Source of the DNA: Thermoanaerobaculia bacterium
GTDB lineage: Bacteria > Acidobacteriota > Thermoanaerobaculia > Multivoradales > UBA5704
NCBI GenBank assembly: GCA_044868005.1
Contig: JBIOVX010000245.1
Coordinates: forward strand, 44,939-108,938
Reading direction: 5' to 3'
DNA length: 64,000 nucleotides
Below are positions 10,042-18,430 of this stretch, one piece after another (position 1 is the first letter of the stretch; each line of letters opens with the position of its first letter). A program made the translations under genes and the position numbers. The notes beneath the pieces were generated by a model. It was not told the origin of the DNA. It did no database searches and saw only the letters and a list, made by a program, of their open reading frames with translations.

Positions 10042-11370
10042 ATGTTCCCCGACGGTCCGATGCCGCTCGACGTCATGGTTTCCCGGCTGGAGCACCTGCT
10101 GGCGCTCTCCCCGGCCGAGGCCACGGAGATCTCATGGCTGGAGGTGCGGCGCGGCCAGGAGAGCAACGGCAAGCGCCGGCGGGACAGTTACGAGCAGCAC
10201 GAGCGCACGGTCCTGTTGCGGGTGCGGGAGTCCGGCCGCACGGGGATGCACCGCACCAGCGCCTCCGGCCTCTCGGACCTCGAGAACGCCCTGCGCGTCG
10301 CCCTCGCCCAGGCCCGGCTCTCGCCGCCTACGCCGCCGCCGCTGCCGCCGCCGGGCCACGACGCGGCCGTCGTGACCGCCGGACTGTGCGATCCCGAGCT
10401 CGCGCGCATGGCGCCCGGCCGCGCCCGCGAGACGCTGCAACGGCTGGCGGAAAAGGGCGAGACGGCCCGCCTCGGATGGTCCGAAGGCCGCATCGCCGTG
10501 GCGGACAGCCGCGGCCTGCGGCGCGCCGCCGAGGTGACCTCCGGCTGGGCCGAGGTGATCCGCGGACGCCAGCCGGGGGCCGGACGCGCCGCCGCGGCCG
10601 CGCGGTCCCTGGCCGGGCTCGACCTGCCGGGCATCTTCGCGCGGGCGCGCCGGCGCCAGGGTCCGCCCGACGTCGTGCCGCCGCCGGCAGGCCCCACCGC
10701 TCTGCTGCTGTCGCAGGAGGCGACCGCCGGCCTGATCGAGCTGCTCAACCGGCAGGCCTTCACCTCCGATTCGTTTCACTCCGGAGCCTCCTTCCTGCGC
10801 GGCAACCTCGGGCAGCCGGTCTTCCACTCCGGCATCAACCTGCGCGACGATCCCACGGACCCGCGCGGCCTGCCGTTCCCCTTCGACATCCTGGGCGCCG
10901 CCGCCAAACCGATCGATCTCGTCTCCGGCGGTGTCGCGCTCACCCCGGCCGTCGACAATCGTCTGGCGCGCGAGCTCGGAGTCGCGCCCACGCCGCAACG
11001 GGTGGCGCCGGACGAAGCCGTCTCCGCCCATCTCTTCCTGCTGCCCGGAAGCGCTTCCGAAGAAGAGCTGTTGCAGGCCGCGGACGGCGGCTTCTGGGTT
11101 TCGGCGCTGGAGCCGCTCGAAGGCTACGACGCCCGCGCGCTGCGCTTCCGCACGGTGGCGAGGGGCGTCCGTCTGATCACCGGCGCCACGCTCGGCCGCT
11201 CTCTCCCCGATCTCGTCTGGGAAGACGATCTGCGGCGCGTGCTCTCCCAGGTGCTGGCCGTCGGCGCCGACCTGGTGCCCCTCGCCACGGGCGCCGGCCT
11301 CTTCCGCGCCACCACCGCGCCGATGCTCGCGGTGGATGGGGTGGGTGGGTTGCGGTTCGCCGTGGAGTAG
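10042..11370 (+). CDS. TldD/PmbA-family (peptidase U62-like) protein
   Basis: Start at the internal ATG (MFPDGPMPLDVMVSRLEHLL). The N-region resembles PmbA/TldD (..LLRVRESGRTGMHRTSASGLSDLENALRVALAQA) and the C-terminal half is Gly-rich. The upstream part of the track ORF is junk. Confidence 0.55.
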   Translation: MFPDGPMPLDVMVSRLEHLLALSPAEATEISWLEVRRGQESNGKRRRDSYEQHERTVLLRVRESGRTGMHRTSASGLSDLENALRVALAQARLSPPTPPPLPPPGHDAAVVTAGLCDPELARMAPGRARETLQRLAEKGETARLGWSEGRIAVADSRGLRRAAEVTSGWAEVIRGRQPGAGRAAAAARSLAGLDLPGIFARARRRQGPPDVVPPPAGPTALLLSQEATAGLIELLNRQAFTSDSFHSGASFLRGNLGQPVFHSGINLRDDPTDPRGLPFPFDILGAAAKPIDLVSGGVALTPAVDNRLARELGVAPTPQRVAPDEAVSAHLFLLPGSASEEELLQAADGGFWVSALEPLEGYDARALRFRTVARGVRLITGATLGRSLPDLVWEDDLRRVLSQVLAVGADLVPLATGAGLFRATTAPMLAVDGVGGLRFAVE

Positions 11371-11373
11371 GCC

Positions 11374-12387
11374 CTACTCCCAGATCTTCACCTCGAACCG
11401 CCCAGCCGAGTCCGCGGCGCCCCGGTACATCCCCTCCGAGTTGAAGACGAGCGCGAGCGAGCCGTCGTGGGAGACGCCGATCACGCCGCCGTCTCCCGGC
11501 TGGAGCTTCTGACGGATCACCCGCTCGGCGGCCTGCTGCAGGGTGAGCCCCGAGTACTCCATGAGCGCCGAGATGTCGTGCGCCACGGTGTGCCGGATGA
11601 ACTGCTCGCCGATGCCGGTGGCGGAGATGGCACAGGTGCGGTTGCTGGCATAGGTGCCGGCGCCGATGATCGGCACGTCGCCCAGCCGCCCGAACCGCTT
11701 GTTGGTGAGCCCACCCGAGGAGGTCGCCGCGGCCAGGTTGCCGTGCACGTCGAGAGCCACGGCACCCACCGTGTCCTTGTCGGCGTGGTCCTTCTTCAGC
11801 GCCTCCTGGAGCTGCTCGTAGCGGAAAGCCGTGTCGAAGTACGTATTCGGCACGCGTTCCACCTTCATCTCGGTGGCGAACGTCTCGGCTCCCTCCCCCA
11901 CCATGAAGACGTGGCGCGACTTCTCCATCACCATCCGCGCCAGAGAGATGGGATTCTTGACCGTCTTCAGCAGCGCCACCGAGCCGCAGGAGAGATCGCG
12001 GCCGTCCATGATGGCGGCGTCGAGCTCGTGGGTGCCTTCGTGCGTGTAGACGGCGCCCTTGCCGGCGTTGAACAGCGGATCGTCCTCGAGGAAGCGCACC
12101 ACCTTCTCCACCGCGTCGAGGCTGGCGCCGCCCTGCTGCAGCACCTCCTGGCCGATCTTCAGCGCCGCGGCCAGGGACTTGAGGTACTGCTGCTTGCGCT
12201 CCTCCGGAAGCGTCTTGGGGATCGTGCCGGCGCCGCCGTGAATGGCGATCGCCCACTTGGGAGCCTCCGCGCGATGGAGCACGATCTCCACCTTGCGGTC
12301 TTGCTGCGGCGCGGCCGGCGTCTGGGCGGCCGCGAGAAGAGGAACCATCGAGAAGAACAACATGGACGTCAGAGTCGTGCAGTTCAT
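11374..12387 (-). CDS. iaaA: isoaspartyl peptidase/L-asparaginase (Ntn hydrolase), secreted
   Basis: 337 aa with a signal peptide. AIAIHGGAGT. Autoproteolytic nucleophile region GTVGAVALDVHGNLAAATSSGG, and GIGEQFIRH. Codon-by-codon check: neither a premature stop nor a frameshift is evident. Confidence 0.85.
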   Translation of the reverse strand: MNCTTLTSMLFFSMVPLLAAAQTPAAPQQDRKVEIVLHRAEAPKWAIAIHGGAGTIPKTLPEERKQQYLKSLAAALKIGQEVLQQGGASLDAVEKVVRFLEDDPLFNAGKGAVYTHEGTHELDAAIMDGRDLSCGSVALLKTVKNPISLARMVMEKSRHVFMVGEGAETFATEMKVERVPNTYFDTAFRYEQLQEALKKDHADKDTVGAVALDVHGNLAAATSSGGLTNKRFGRLGDVPIIGAGTYASNRTCAISATGIGEQFIRHTVAHDISALMEYSGLTLQQAAERVIRQKLQPGDGGVIGVSHDGSLALVFNSEGMYRGAADSAGRFEVKIWE

Positions 12388-12405
12388 AGCAGAGGGATTC
12401 TAGCG

Positions 12406-12421
12406 TGGCACCGTCTCAGCA
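12406..12421 (+). promoter_or_regulatory. candidate sigma-54 (-24/-12) promoter
   Basis: TGGCACcgtctCAGCA, with GG-N10-GC spacing conserved, ~70 nt upstream of the ATG at 12491. The -13/-14 TT is not conserved, so it is weak. Confidence 0.35.
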
Positions 12422-12490
12422 GTCTCACAAGACCGCAATCAGGGCACCTTCAAAGTGGGTCAGGCGGCTCAACGCAAGGAGAAACCACGT

Positions 12491-12763
12491 ATGAAAGCTC
12501 TGCGAACTCCCCTGAAGCTCCGGATCGCCCTGCTGGCACTGAGCCTGGTTCTCACCGGCGTGGCACTTTTCTCGTCTTCCGTCACCACGGCCTTCGCGGT
12601 CCCGTGCTACTGCGGTCACGCGCTGTCCGTGAAGTACTACAGCGATGCTTCCCATACCACGCTCGTCGGCTTGTGCTACTTCCCGTGCGACGACGATCCG
12701 TCGTGCAGCGGTACCCAGACCGAGTTCTCCGTCACCAAAGAGCTCCAGTGTTGTATTTGTTGA
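12491..12763 (+). CDS. small secreted cysteine-rich protein (8 Cys in ~54-aa mature part)
   Basis: AAGGAGA RBS 9 nt upstream. Signal peptide MKALRTPLKLRIALLALSLVLTGVALFSSSVTTAFA. Mature part VPCYCGHALSVKYYSDASHTTLVGLCYFPCDDDPSCSGTQTEFSVTKELQCCIC. Confidence 0.75.
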   Translation: MKALRTPLKLRIALLALSLVLTGVALFSSSVTTAFAVPCYCGHALSVKYYSDASHTTLVGLCYFPCDDDPSCSGTQTEFSVTKELQCCIC

Positions 12764-12791
12764 CCCTCAGTTGATCCTCAGTTGACCCTCA
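12759..12791 (+). repeat. three tandem 11-bp repeats GTTGA(C/T)CCTCA
   Basis: gttgaccctca gttgatcctca gttgaccctca overlapping the peptide stop codon. Followed by a GC-rich segment and tcgtttt, a possible terminator at ~12796-12819. Confidence 0.8.
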
Positions 12792-12883
12792 ATAGGCCCG
12801 CCCGGCGCGCGCTCGTTTTACCGTCGCCTGTTCCCGTCGCGCGCCGGGTGGGGACGAAGGCTGTGAATCGGTAGAATCCCCCT

Positions 12884-13744
12884 ATGCTCAGAATGCGCTG
12901 GTCGTGCACCATCGTCCCAATGCTGGCCCTCCTCGCGCTGCCGGCAGCGGGCCAGTCCCAGGAGACGCCCCGCCTCGAAGACCGCGTTACTGACAAGGCC
13001 GCGGTGTTCTCTCCGGAGCAACGGAGCCAGCTCATCGCCGAGCTCGCGGCGTATGAGGAGGAGACCTCGCACCAGATCGCCGTGCTCACCGTGCCGACCC
13101 TTTCCGGCGAGAGCCTCGAGGCGTTCTCCCTCCGCGTCGCCAACGCCTGGGGGCTCGGACAGAAGGGACGCGACAACGGCATCCTGGTGACGCTGGCGCT
13201 CCAGGAGCGGCAGGTCCGCATCGAGGTCGGCGAAGGCCTGGAGTCTCGCATCTCCGACGACGCGGCCCAGGAGATCGTCCAGACCGAGATGATCCCATCG
13301 TTCCGCAAAGGCGATTACGCCGGCGGCCTGGCGAAGGGAATCCGCCGGCTGATGGAGATGGCGCGTCCCGCGAGCAACTCCTTCGTCGAATGCGAGGTCG
13401 AGGCCAAGGTGGTGAAGGTCGAGCGCCGAGAGACGGTGAACGCCGAGATCGCCGAAGCGCTCGATCTGGAAAAGGAGATGATCGGCAAGCTGGCGGTGGC
13501 GGCGACCGATATCACCGTGCTCAAGGCGACGTCCAAGAAAGGTCAGGAGGAAGATTGCGCGCGGATGGTGGGCCAGAGCGGCCGCGCCGTGATTCGCTAC
13601 GAGCTGGCCAACAAGGAGCTCGAGCTAGCGGCGGGAAAGGTGATCCAACTCCACTACTGGGCCTTCGCCGGCTTCGCGCCGTACGGCGTGCCCGGGAAGG
13701 AAGTCTGGTGGGTGGGCAAGGCTGGTGCAGCTCCTCCCAAATAG
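12884..13744 (+). CDS. TPM-domain protein (TLP18.3/Psb32/MOLO-1 phosphatase family), secreted
   Basis: 286 aa with a signal peptide. TPM features (..VTDKAAVFSPEQRSQLIAELAAYEEETSHQIAVLTVPTLSGES..GILVTLALQERQVRIEVGEGLE..). TAGAAT lies 7 nt before the ATG. Confidence 0.75.
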   Translation: MLRMRWSCTIVPMLALLALPAAGQSQETPRLEDRVTDKAAVFSPEQRSQLIAELAAYEEETSHQIAVLTVPTLSGESLEAFSLRVANAWGLGQKGRDNGILVTLALQERQVRIEVGEGLESRISDDAAQEIVQTEMIPSFRKGDYAGGLAKGIRRLMEMARPASNSFVECEVEAKVVKVERRETVNAEIAEALDLEKEMIGKLAVAATDITVLKATSKKGQEEDCARMVGQSGRAVIRYELANKELELAAGKVIQLHYWAFAGFAPYGVPGKEVWWVGKAGAAPPK

Positions 13745-14733
13745 GCTTCGATCAGCCGCACGAGCTCCTTCACGATGTCGGCCTTGCGCGCGCCCACGTG
13801 CTCGGTGTGGGTCCAGATCAGCTTCTTGGGCTCGCCGGCGCGGTCATAGAGCGCTTGGACTGCCGCCACGGAAAAGTATTTGTCCCGCCGGCTGGAGACC
13901 ATCACCAGCCGGCGCGGGGCGATGCGCTGCACGTAGCGGCCGGGCTCGAAACTGTCGACCAGCACGGCCGCCGTCCACGCCAGCAGCTCCCCCCGCAAGG
14001 AGTGGCCCCGCCGGCTTTCCATCGTCCTGATCGTGGCGGGAAAGCCGCCTCCTCCGTGCACCAGGAAGACCGTCTTCACGCGCAGGTCCAGGGCGCCGTG
14101 CATCACGGCAAAGCTGGAGCCCAGACTGGCGCCGAGCACCGTGATCTCACCCGTCTTCAAGCCTCCGGTCTCGCGGAGATAGCTCAGCGCCAGCATCCCG
14201 CCGGCCACCGTGCGGAACACGGCCCGACGCAAGTGATACGGCCCGAGCAGATACTCGCCTAGCGTCCGCGGCCGTGCGAAGGGATACTGCACCGCGACGA
14301 GCACGACGTCCGGACGCTCCGGGATCAGGCGCAGGATCTGCGGCCCGGTCTTCATGCCGGCGTAGGTGAGGAGGATGCGATAGCCGTCGGCGAGCCGGCG
14401 CGGCCTGCGGACATAGGCGGTGGCCACCGCCTCGCCGCGATCGTTGTAGAGCTCCACCAGGCGGGTCCGCGAGACCGGACCGGCCGATGACTCCATCACC
14501 CGGGCGCCGCGGTAGGTGCCGCGAGTGGCGTAGAACTCCGCGGTCTTGTCGGCGCGCAGGTAGAGGACCAGGCCGGCGGCGGCAACGACCGCCACCGCCA
14601 GAGCTGCGACGAAGATCCGGCGGCGCTTATTTTTCCGAGCACAGATCACCGGACGAGGGGTCCCCGGAACTCGGCGTTCGGCTCCAGACTGAGGATCTAG
14701 CGTGATGAGTCGATCGTGACGTGAAAGCGCCAC
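13654..14733 (-). CDS. alpha/beta hydrolase (dienelactone hydrolase/peptidase S9-like), membrane anchored
   Basis: 359 aa with a GTG start. TM helix IFVAALAVAVVAAAGLVLYL, nucleophile elbow GASLGS, and a His in HTEHVGA. The 3' end overlaps the convergent TPM gene by ~91 nt. Confidence 0.7.
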   Translation of the reverse strand: MALSRHDRLITLDPQSGAERRVPGTPRPVICARKNKRRRIFVAALAVAVVAAAGLVLYLRADKTAEFYATRGTYRGARVMESSAGPVSRTRLVELYNDRGEAVATAYVRRPRRLADGYRILLTYAGMKTGPQILRLIPERPDVVLVAVQYPFARPRTLGEYLLGPYHLRRAVFRTVAGGMLALSYLRETGGLKTGEITVLGASLGSSFAVMHGALDLRVKTVFLVHGGGGFPATIRTMESRRGHSLRGELLAWTAAVLVDSFEPGRYVQRIAPRRLVMVSSRRDKYFSVAAVQALYDRAGEPKKLIWTHTEHVGARKADIVKELVRLIEAYLGGAAPALPTHQTSFPGTPYGAKPAKAQ

Positions 14734-14749
14734 GGGACTGCGTGGCCTC

Positions 14750-14917
14750 TCAAAGGGACTGCTGGCCTTCCTCTGCTACTTCTGCCGCGGGCTGCGTCTG
14801 TGCTCCATCGACGGCGGCAGATTTCCTGTCGAGCTTGCGCTGAAGCTTTTCCTCGCGCTTCTGTTTCTTGGTGACCTCGCGCTGGCGTTTGAAGAATGAG
14901 GCGCGGTTTCTTGGCAT
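14750..14917 (-). CDS. small basic hypothetical protein (55 aa)
   Basis: Not in the track because it is under 60 aa. GGGGAGGA RBS 8 nt upstream. Reads MPRNRASFFKRQREVTKKQKREEKLQRKLDRKSAAVDGAQTQPAAEVAEEGQQSL. Lies 17 nt upstream of the hydrolase. Confidence 0.3.
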   Translation of the reverse strand: MPRNRASFFKRQREVTKKQKREEKLQRKLDRKSAAVDGAQTQPAAEVAEEGQQSL

Positions 14918-15025
14918 TGTTACGTCCTCCCCAGAGGCTGATTGACCGACGGTTGGCGCGTGAGCTCTGCCGCAGAACAGCGCACCTTCTTCGCTGTCTT
15001 GAGTCTATCACCTCCCGTCCGGGGA

Positions 15026-15472
15026 TCACGGACGGCGCCGGTTCGAGTTGTCCATGTCCGACATGATGAGCCAGCGGCCGTCCGCTCCCTTGCGCAAAGT
15101 CAGGGTGAACTTCCCGTCGTCCGGCTCCCCTGGCTTGCCCGCGTATCCGCCGATGATGTAGCCAACGTTACCCTCGGTCGCGTACGCGAACGCGCGCAGT
15201 GACAGCGGCCCGCCGTGCCCGGTGTAGTGCTTCTCGATCGCCGCCCGCCCGCGCACCGGCATCGCTCCGTTCGGCAGCACGAAGCCATCCTCGGCGAACA
15301 GCCGCGCCAGGGCCGCGGCGTCCCGCTGCTGCCAAGCCGCCTCGTAATCGGTCAGCACCCGCGCCAGCTCCGGCGGCAGCGTCACGGACGGCTCGCCTGC
15401 CGGCGCCTGTTGCCCCGCCGCCGGAGCTACCATCAAGGCCAGGATGAGGAGCGCTCTCGCCGCGTTTCGCAT
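15026..15472 (-). CDS. SnoaL-like/NTF2-fold (DUF4440-type) protein, secreted
   Basis: The C-terminal 148 aa of track ORF 15026..16138, starting MRNAARALLILALMVAPAAGQQ. The rest of that ORF is junk. Confidence 0.65.
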   Translation of the reverse strand: MRNAARALLILALMVAPAAGQQAPAGEPSVTLPPELARVLTDYEAAWQQRDAAALARLFAEDGFVLPNGAMPVRGRAAIEKHYTGHGGPLSLRAFAYATEGNVGYIIGGYAGKPGEPDDGKFTLTLRKGADGRWLIMSDMDNSNRRRP

Positions 15473-15729
15473 CAGGACGTCTCCTCCGTGATCAGCTCGC
15501 GCACGTGAAGGCGTCCGACCTCCAGCTCCTGGATGACCAGCCGGTCGATCGTCCCTGCCTTCGCCGCGAATCGCTTCACGGCCAACCGCCCGATCGCCAG
15601 CGCCCCGATGGCCAAGGCGCCGACGGACAGCGCCCCAACGCTCACCGCCGCCAGTGCCGTGGCGACGCGGGCGAAGGCGAGCTGGGATCCTGCTTTGGGA
15701 TAGGTCAATTCGGTTCGTTCTCGTTGCAT
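15472..15729 (-). CDS. small glycine-zipper membrane protein, hypothetical
   Basis: 84 aa. AGGAGG RBS 5 nt upstream. Stop overlaps the downstream ATG as ATGA. Contains GALSVGALAIGALAIGRLA. Confidence 0.5.
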   Translation of the reverse strand: MQRERTELTYPKAGSQLAFARVATALAAVSVGALSVGALAIGALAIGRLAVKRFAAKAGTIDRLVIQELEVGRLHVRELITEETS

Positions 15730-15910
15730 GATCGCCTCCTGTCTGGAACCGCCATCGCCAAGCCAATATCGTGCCCGTAGAGACGCCCCAGTCGATCATC
15801 GAAACCAGTTCGGTAACGACGACGGCGGGGCGTCTCCTCGGAGGGTTCACCGCTTCGCCCGCCACTACACGAGAGAAGGATATCAATGGCCGCCAACGCC
15901 TGGTGGTACC

Positions 15911-16150
15911 ATGGCCGGCATGCGGTTCATCGAAGCTCGCTATGAAGAGGGGCTGCTCAAGCCGGAGACGCCTTTGGCGCTGAGGCAGGGCGAGCGAGTG
16001 GCGCTGATTGTAGTCCGTCATCCGGATCCCAAGCGCTGGGATCTCGACCGGTTGGCCAAATCCGGCGCCACAGAAGCTCGAGAGCTGGCGGAGCGGGGCC
16101 TCGGTGACTGGGCCGACCTCACTACGGCATGTGATCATGACCCGAGTTGA
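15911..16150 (+). CDS. DUF104-family antitoxin-like protein
   Basis: MAGMRFIEARYEEGLLKPETPLALRQGERVALIVV matches the DUF104 fold pattern, with a C-terminal extension. No cognate PIN toxin is adjacent. Confidence 0.55.
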   Translation: MAGMRFIEARYEEGLLKPETPLALRQGERVALIVVRHPDPKRWDLDRLAKSGATEARELAERGLGDWADLTTACDHDPS

Positions 16151-16153
16151 GGA

Positions 16154-16405
16154 TCAGGCTGCCTTGTTGGCCTTGGCCTGTTCGTAAAGCGTCTCCGGCG
16201 CAATGTCAGCTCCGTTCGGCCATGCCACCGTCCCACCGTCGAGAAAAAAGCGCTGGAAGTAATCGACGTTCTTGAGCGGCTCGAACACAGGGCCTTGAAG
16301 CCACTGGGTGAAGTCGATGGTGCCTTCCACGCCACCGTTGAATGTCAGGTGGATCTTGTGGTCTCCGCGGTACTCAGCTCGAATCACAGCGGGCAGAGAG
16401 CTCAT
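16154..16405 (-). CDS. DUF2442 domain protein
   Basis: 83 aa: ..HLTFNGGVEGTIDFTQWLQGPVFEPLKNVDYFQRFFLDGGTVAWPNGADIAPETLYEQ. Its usual DUF4160 partner is absent. Confidence 0.7.
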   Translation of the reverse strand: MSSLPAVIRAEYRGDHKIHLTFNGGVEGTIDFTQWLQGPVFEPLKNVDYFQRFFLDGGTVAWPNGADIAPETLYEQAKANKAA

Positions 16406-16424
16406 GGCGACTTGGTCCTCTCTG

Positions 16425-17525
16425 TCACAGATTGCTTATCACTCGAATTTCTCTTCCCTCTACAGTAATACTACAGAGCGGTAGACTTTCGACCGGCGGC
16501 AGGTCAGTCTTCACTTTTACAGAAATTCGAGCGCTCGCTTTTGGTTTTGCACCCTCACTTCTAAAGAAAGGTGCAGTGTGTGCATAGAAGCTATCTCCCT
16601 GCCATCGATAAGGTATCATCCATCTGTAAAACCAAGATGCTTCTAGCAAGACCGCAACTATGATTTTTTTACTGTGACCGCTTTCTATCATGATAGAGTC
16701 GGAGTCATGACCATACCAATGAGCTAGGACAGCATGTGGAGGCCAGTCACGCATACCACTGTTGACAGATATGAAGGCGTTACATACGACTGGTGAAACA
16801 CCTCTATTGTGCGCAACGAGGAATCCGACAAGCTGGGGGACCTCGCCCGGATCTCTTGCTTCTCTTTTGTAGATCGGAGATAGAGGCATGAAGTTAAGGT
16901 TGTCGCTGATTTCCGTTACGAACTCTACACTTACATTTGCTTTCCTCTCAGTCTCTCTTGGTTCCTCCCGCCGTCCCTCGCCGTAAATACGGAGCTCGTC
17001 GGACCACTTCGGCTCGATGAATTCGGTGGGCTCCTCTGTGACTTCGAGGGACTCCTCGGTGTGGGCTCCGGCTTCGACCCCGAGCCGCTGCAGGATCAGT
17101 CCGGCGATCTCGGACGCGGGTCGGCTGCCGATGTCCACGTAGCCATCGCCCGACAGGATGCCGAGCTCCGAGAGGTCACCCGGTGAGCCGAAGCTCACCA
17201 GCATGATGCGGTCCTCATCCAGCGTCGCGATGAGCTGGCGGATGTGGCGCCACTCCAGCCGGCACCATCTCTTTACCGCGTATTCCGGGCAGAGAAAGAG
17301 GACGATCAGCTCAGACTGTTCGCGATACAGCCGGGGCAAGTAGACGTCGAGATTAACGCGGGCGAACTCGGCTTCATAGAACCTGTCGTACAGCACCCGC
17401 TCCCGCCCGACGGCGGCGGCGAGTTGCTCGGCCACCTGCTCGACGAAGGGACGATGCTCGCCAGGGAACGACAAGGCGATGCGGAAGCGCCGAGGAGCGG
17501 GGCTGGCGGGAGCCGGTGTGTCCAT
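16425..17525 (-). CDS. TIR-domain protein with an uncharacterised low-GC C-terminal domain
   Basis: N-terminus RIALSFPGEHRPFVEQVAEQLAAAVG..VLYDRFY..SELIVLFLCPEYAVKRWCRLEW is a TIR_2-like fold. The C-terminal ~190 aa are encoded by markedly AT-richer DNA (16425-17000). Confidence 0.7.
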   Translation of the reverse strand: MDTPAPASPAPRRFRIALSFPGEHRPFVEQVAEQLAAAVGRERVLYDRFYEAEFARVNLDVYLPRLYREQSELIVLFLCPEYAVKRWCRLEWRHIRQLIATLDEDRIMLVSFGSPGDLSELGILSGDGYVDIGSRPASEIAGLILQRLGVEAGAHTEESLEVTEEPTEFIEPKWSDELRIYGEGRREEPRETERKANVSVEFVTEISDNLNFMPLSPIYKREARDPGEVPQLVGFLVAHNRGVSPVVCNAFISVNSGMRDWPPHAVLAHWYGHDSDSIMIESGHSKKIIVAVLLEASWFYRWMIPYRWQGDSFYAHTAPFFRSEGAKPKASARISVKVKTDLPPVESLPLCSITVEGREIRVISNL

Positions 17526-17595
17526 GAAGAGCTCGTGACGGTTCGCCCCTCATTATGCAAGAGGCGGAACGCTGAAGGACAGAGCTAGGCGAGGG

Positions 17596-18099
17596 TCAGC
17601 CCGGGCGCGGCCGCCTGTAGAGCGCCTCGCGCTTCGCCGTTCCCTTGCGGGCGAGCTCGAGCAGGCCGTCGGCAAGCATGCGCCGCAAAACGTCCGAGGC
17701 GGTCCGCGATCCAACGGGTTCTTCTAAGTGGTCGGCGTAACGGCGGCTGACCTCCTCCGCTACGGCGGCGGGGCCGAACGGCTCTTGCAGGTCCGGACTC
17801 TCGGCGACCAGCTCCACCATCCGGCCGACCCTCTTGCGGCCGGGAGGCGGAACCTCGAGCTCCTCGCGTCTTTGCATGGGCTGGGCGGCCGCCGAGGCGG
17901 CGACGGTGCGGAAGACCTCCAGATCCTGCACGACCTTCTCCAGCTCGGCTGTGTGGAGCGCCTGCTGCTCCCGGTGATGCACGACCTGCTGGGCATGAAA
18001 CGCCTCCTGGTCGCGATGGAAGGCCTCCTTCTCGCGGTGAAGCGCCGCGCGAGCCTCCAGGTTAGCCACCACGTCCTCGACCGACAGCTTCGTGCCCAT
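17596..18099 (-). CDS. hypothetical protein: His/Glu-rich coiled N-terminus and a putative winged-helix C-terminus
   Basis: 167 aa with HREKEAFHRDQEAFHAQQVVHHREQQALH repeats. C-terminus ..TASDVLRRMLADGLLELARKGTAKREALYRRP. Sits immediately next to the 19-bp repeat array. Confidence 0.5.
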   Translation of the reverse strand: MGTKLSVEDVVANLEARAALHREKEAFHRDQEAFHAQQVVHHREQQALHTAELEKVVQDLEVFRTVAASAAAQPMQRREELEVPPPGRKRVGRMVELVAESPDLQEPFGPAAVAEEVSRRYADHLEEPVGSRTASDVLRRMLADGLLELARKGTAKREALYRRPRPG

Positions 18100-18128
18100 T
18101 TCCCCTGAACGATAGCACGCCGATCCCC

Positions 18129-18430
18129 ATTTGCGGTGAATAAGCTTATCTTGCGGTGAATAGTCCTATTTGCGGTGGATAGGGCCACTTGCGGTGGAAA
18201 AAGCCAGGCACGGCGCCTTATTCCACTTGCGGTGAAGAAGGCGAGTTGCGGCAAAGAAGCTTGTCTTGCGGTGAATTATTTCAGACGCGGCGCAGAAGGC
18301 GAGACGCGGTGAAGAAGGCCGTTCACCGCAAATGAAGCTGAGTTGCGGTGAAGTAAACGAGACGCGGTGAAGAAGGCGAGACGCGGTGAAGCGCCTGCTT
18401 TGCCGCAAGTTAATTCCAGTTGCGGTGTAG
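18129..18430. repeat. array of ~15 direct 19-bp repeats, core TTGCGGTGAA (iteron-like)
   Basis: ttgcggtgaataagcttatc / ttgcggtgaatagtcctat / ttgcggtggatagggccac / .. / acgcggtgaagaaggcgag .. The core is conserved and the 9-nt remainder varies. One unit is inverted (ccgttcaccgcaaatgaag). Junk ORFs 18166..18408 and 17760..18254 arise from the array. Confidence 0.9.

Noticed and set aside
18166-18408. 80-aa ORF and possible CRISPR array inside the 19-bp repeats
   Set aside because: The ORF is a repeat-translation artefact. The units are 19 bp with no 30-40 bp unique spacers and no cas genes, so this is not CRISPR.
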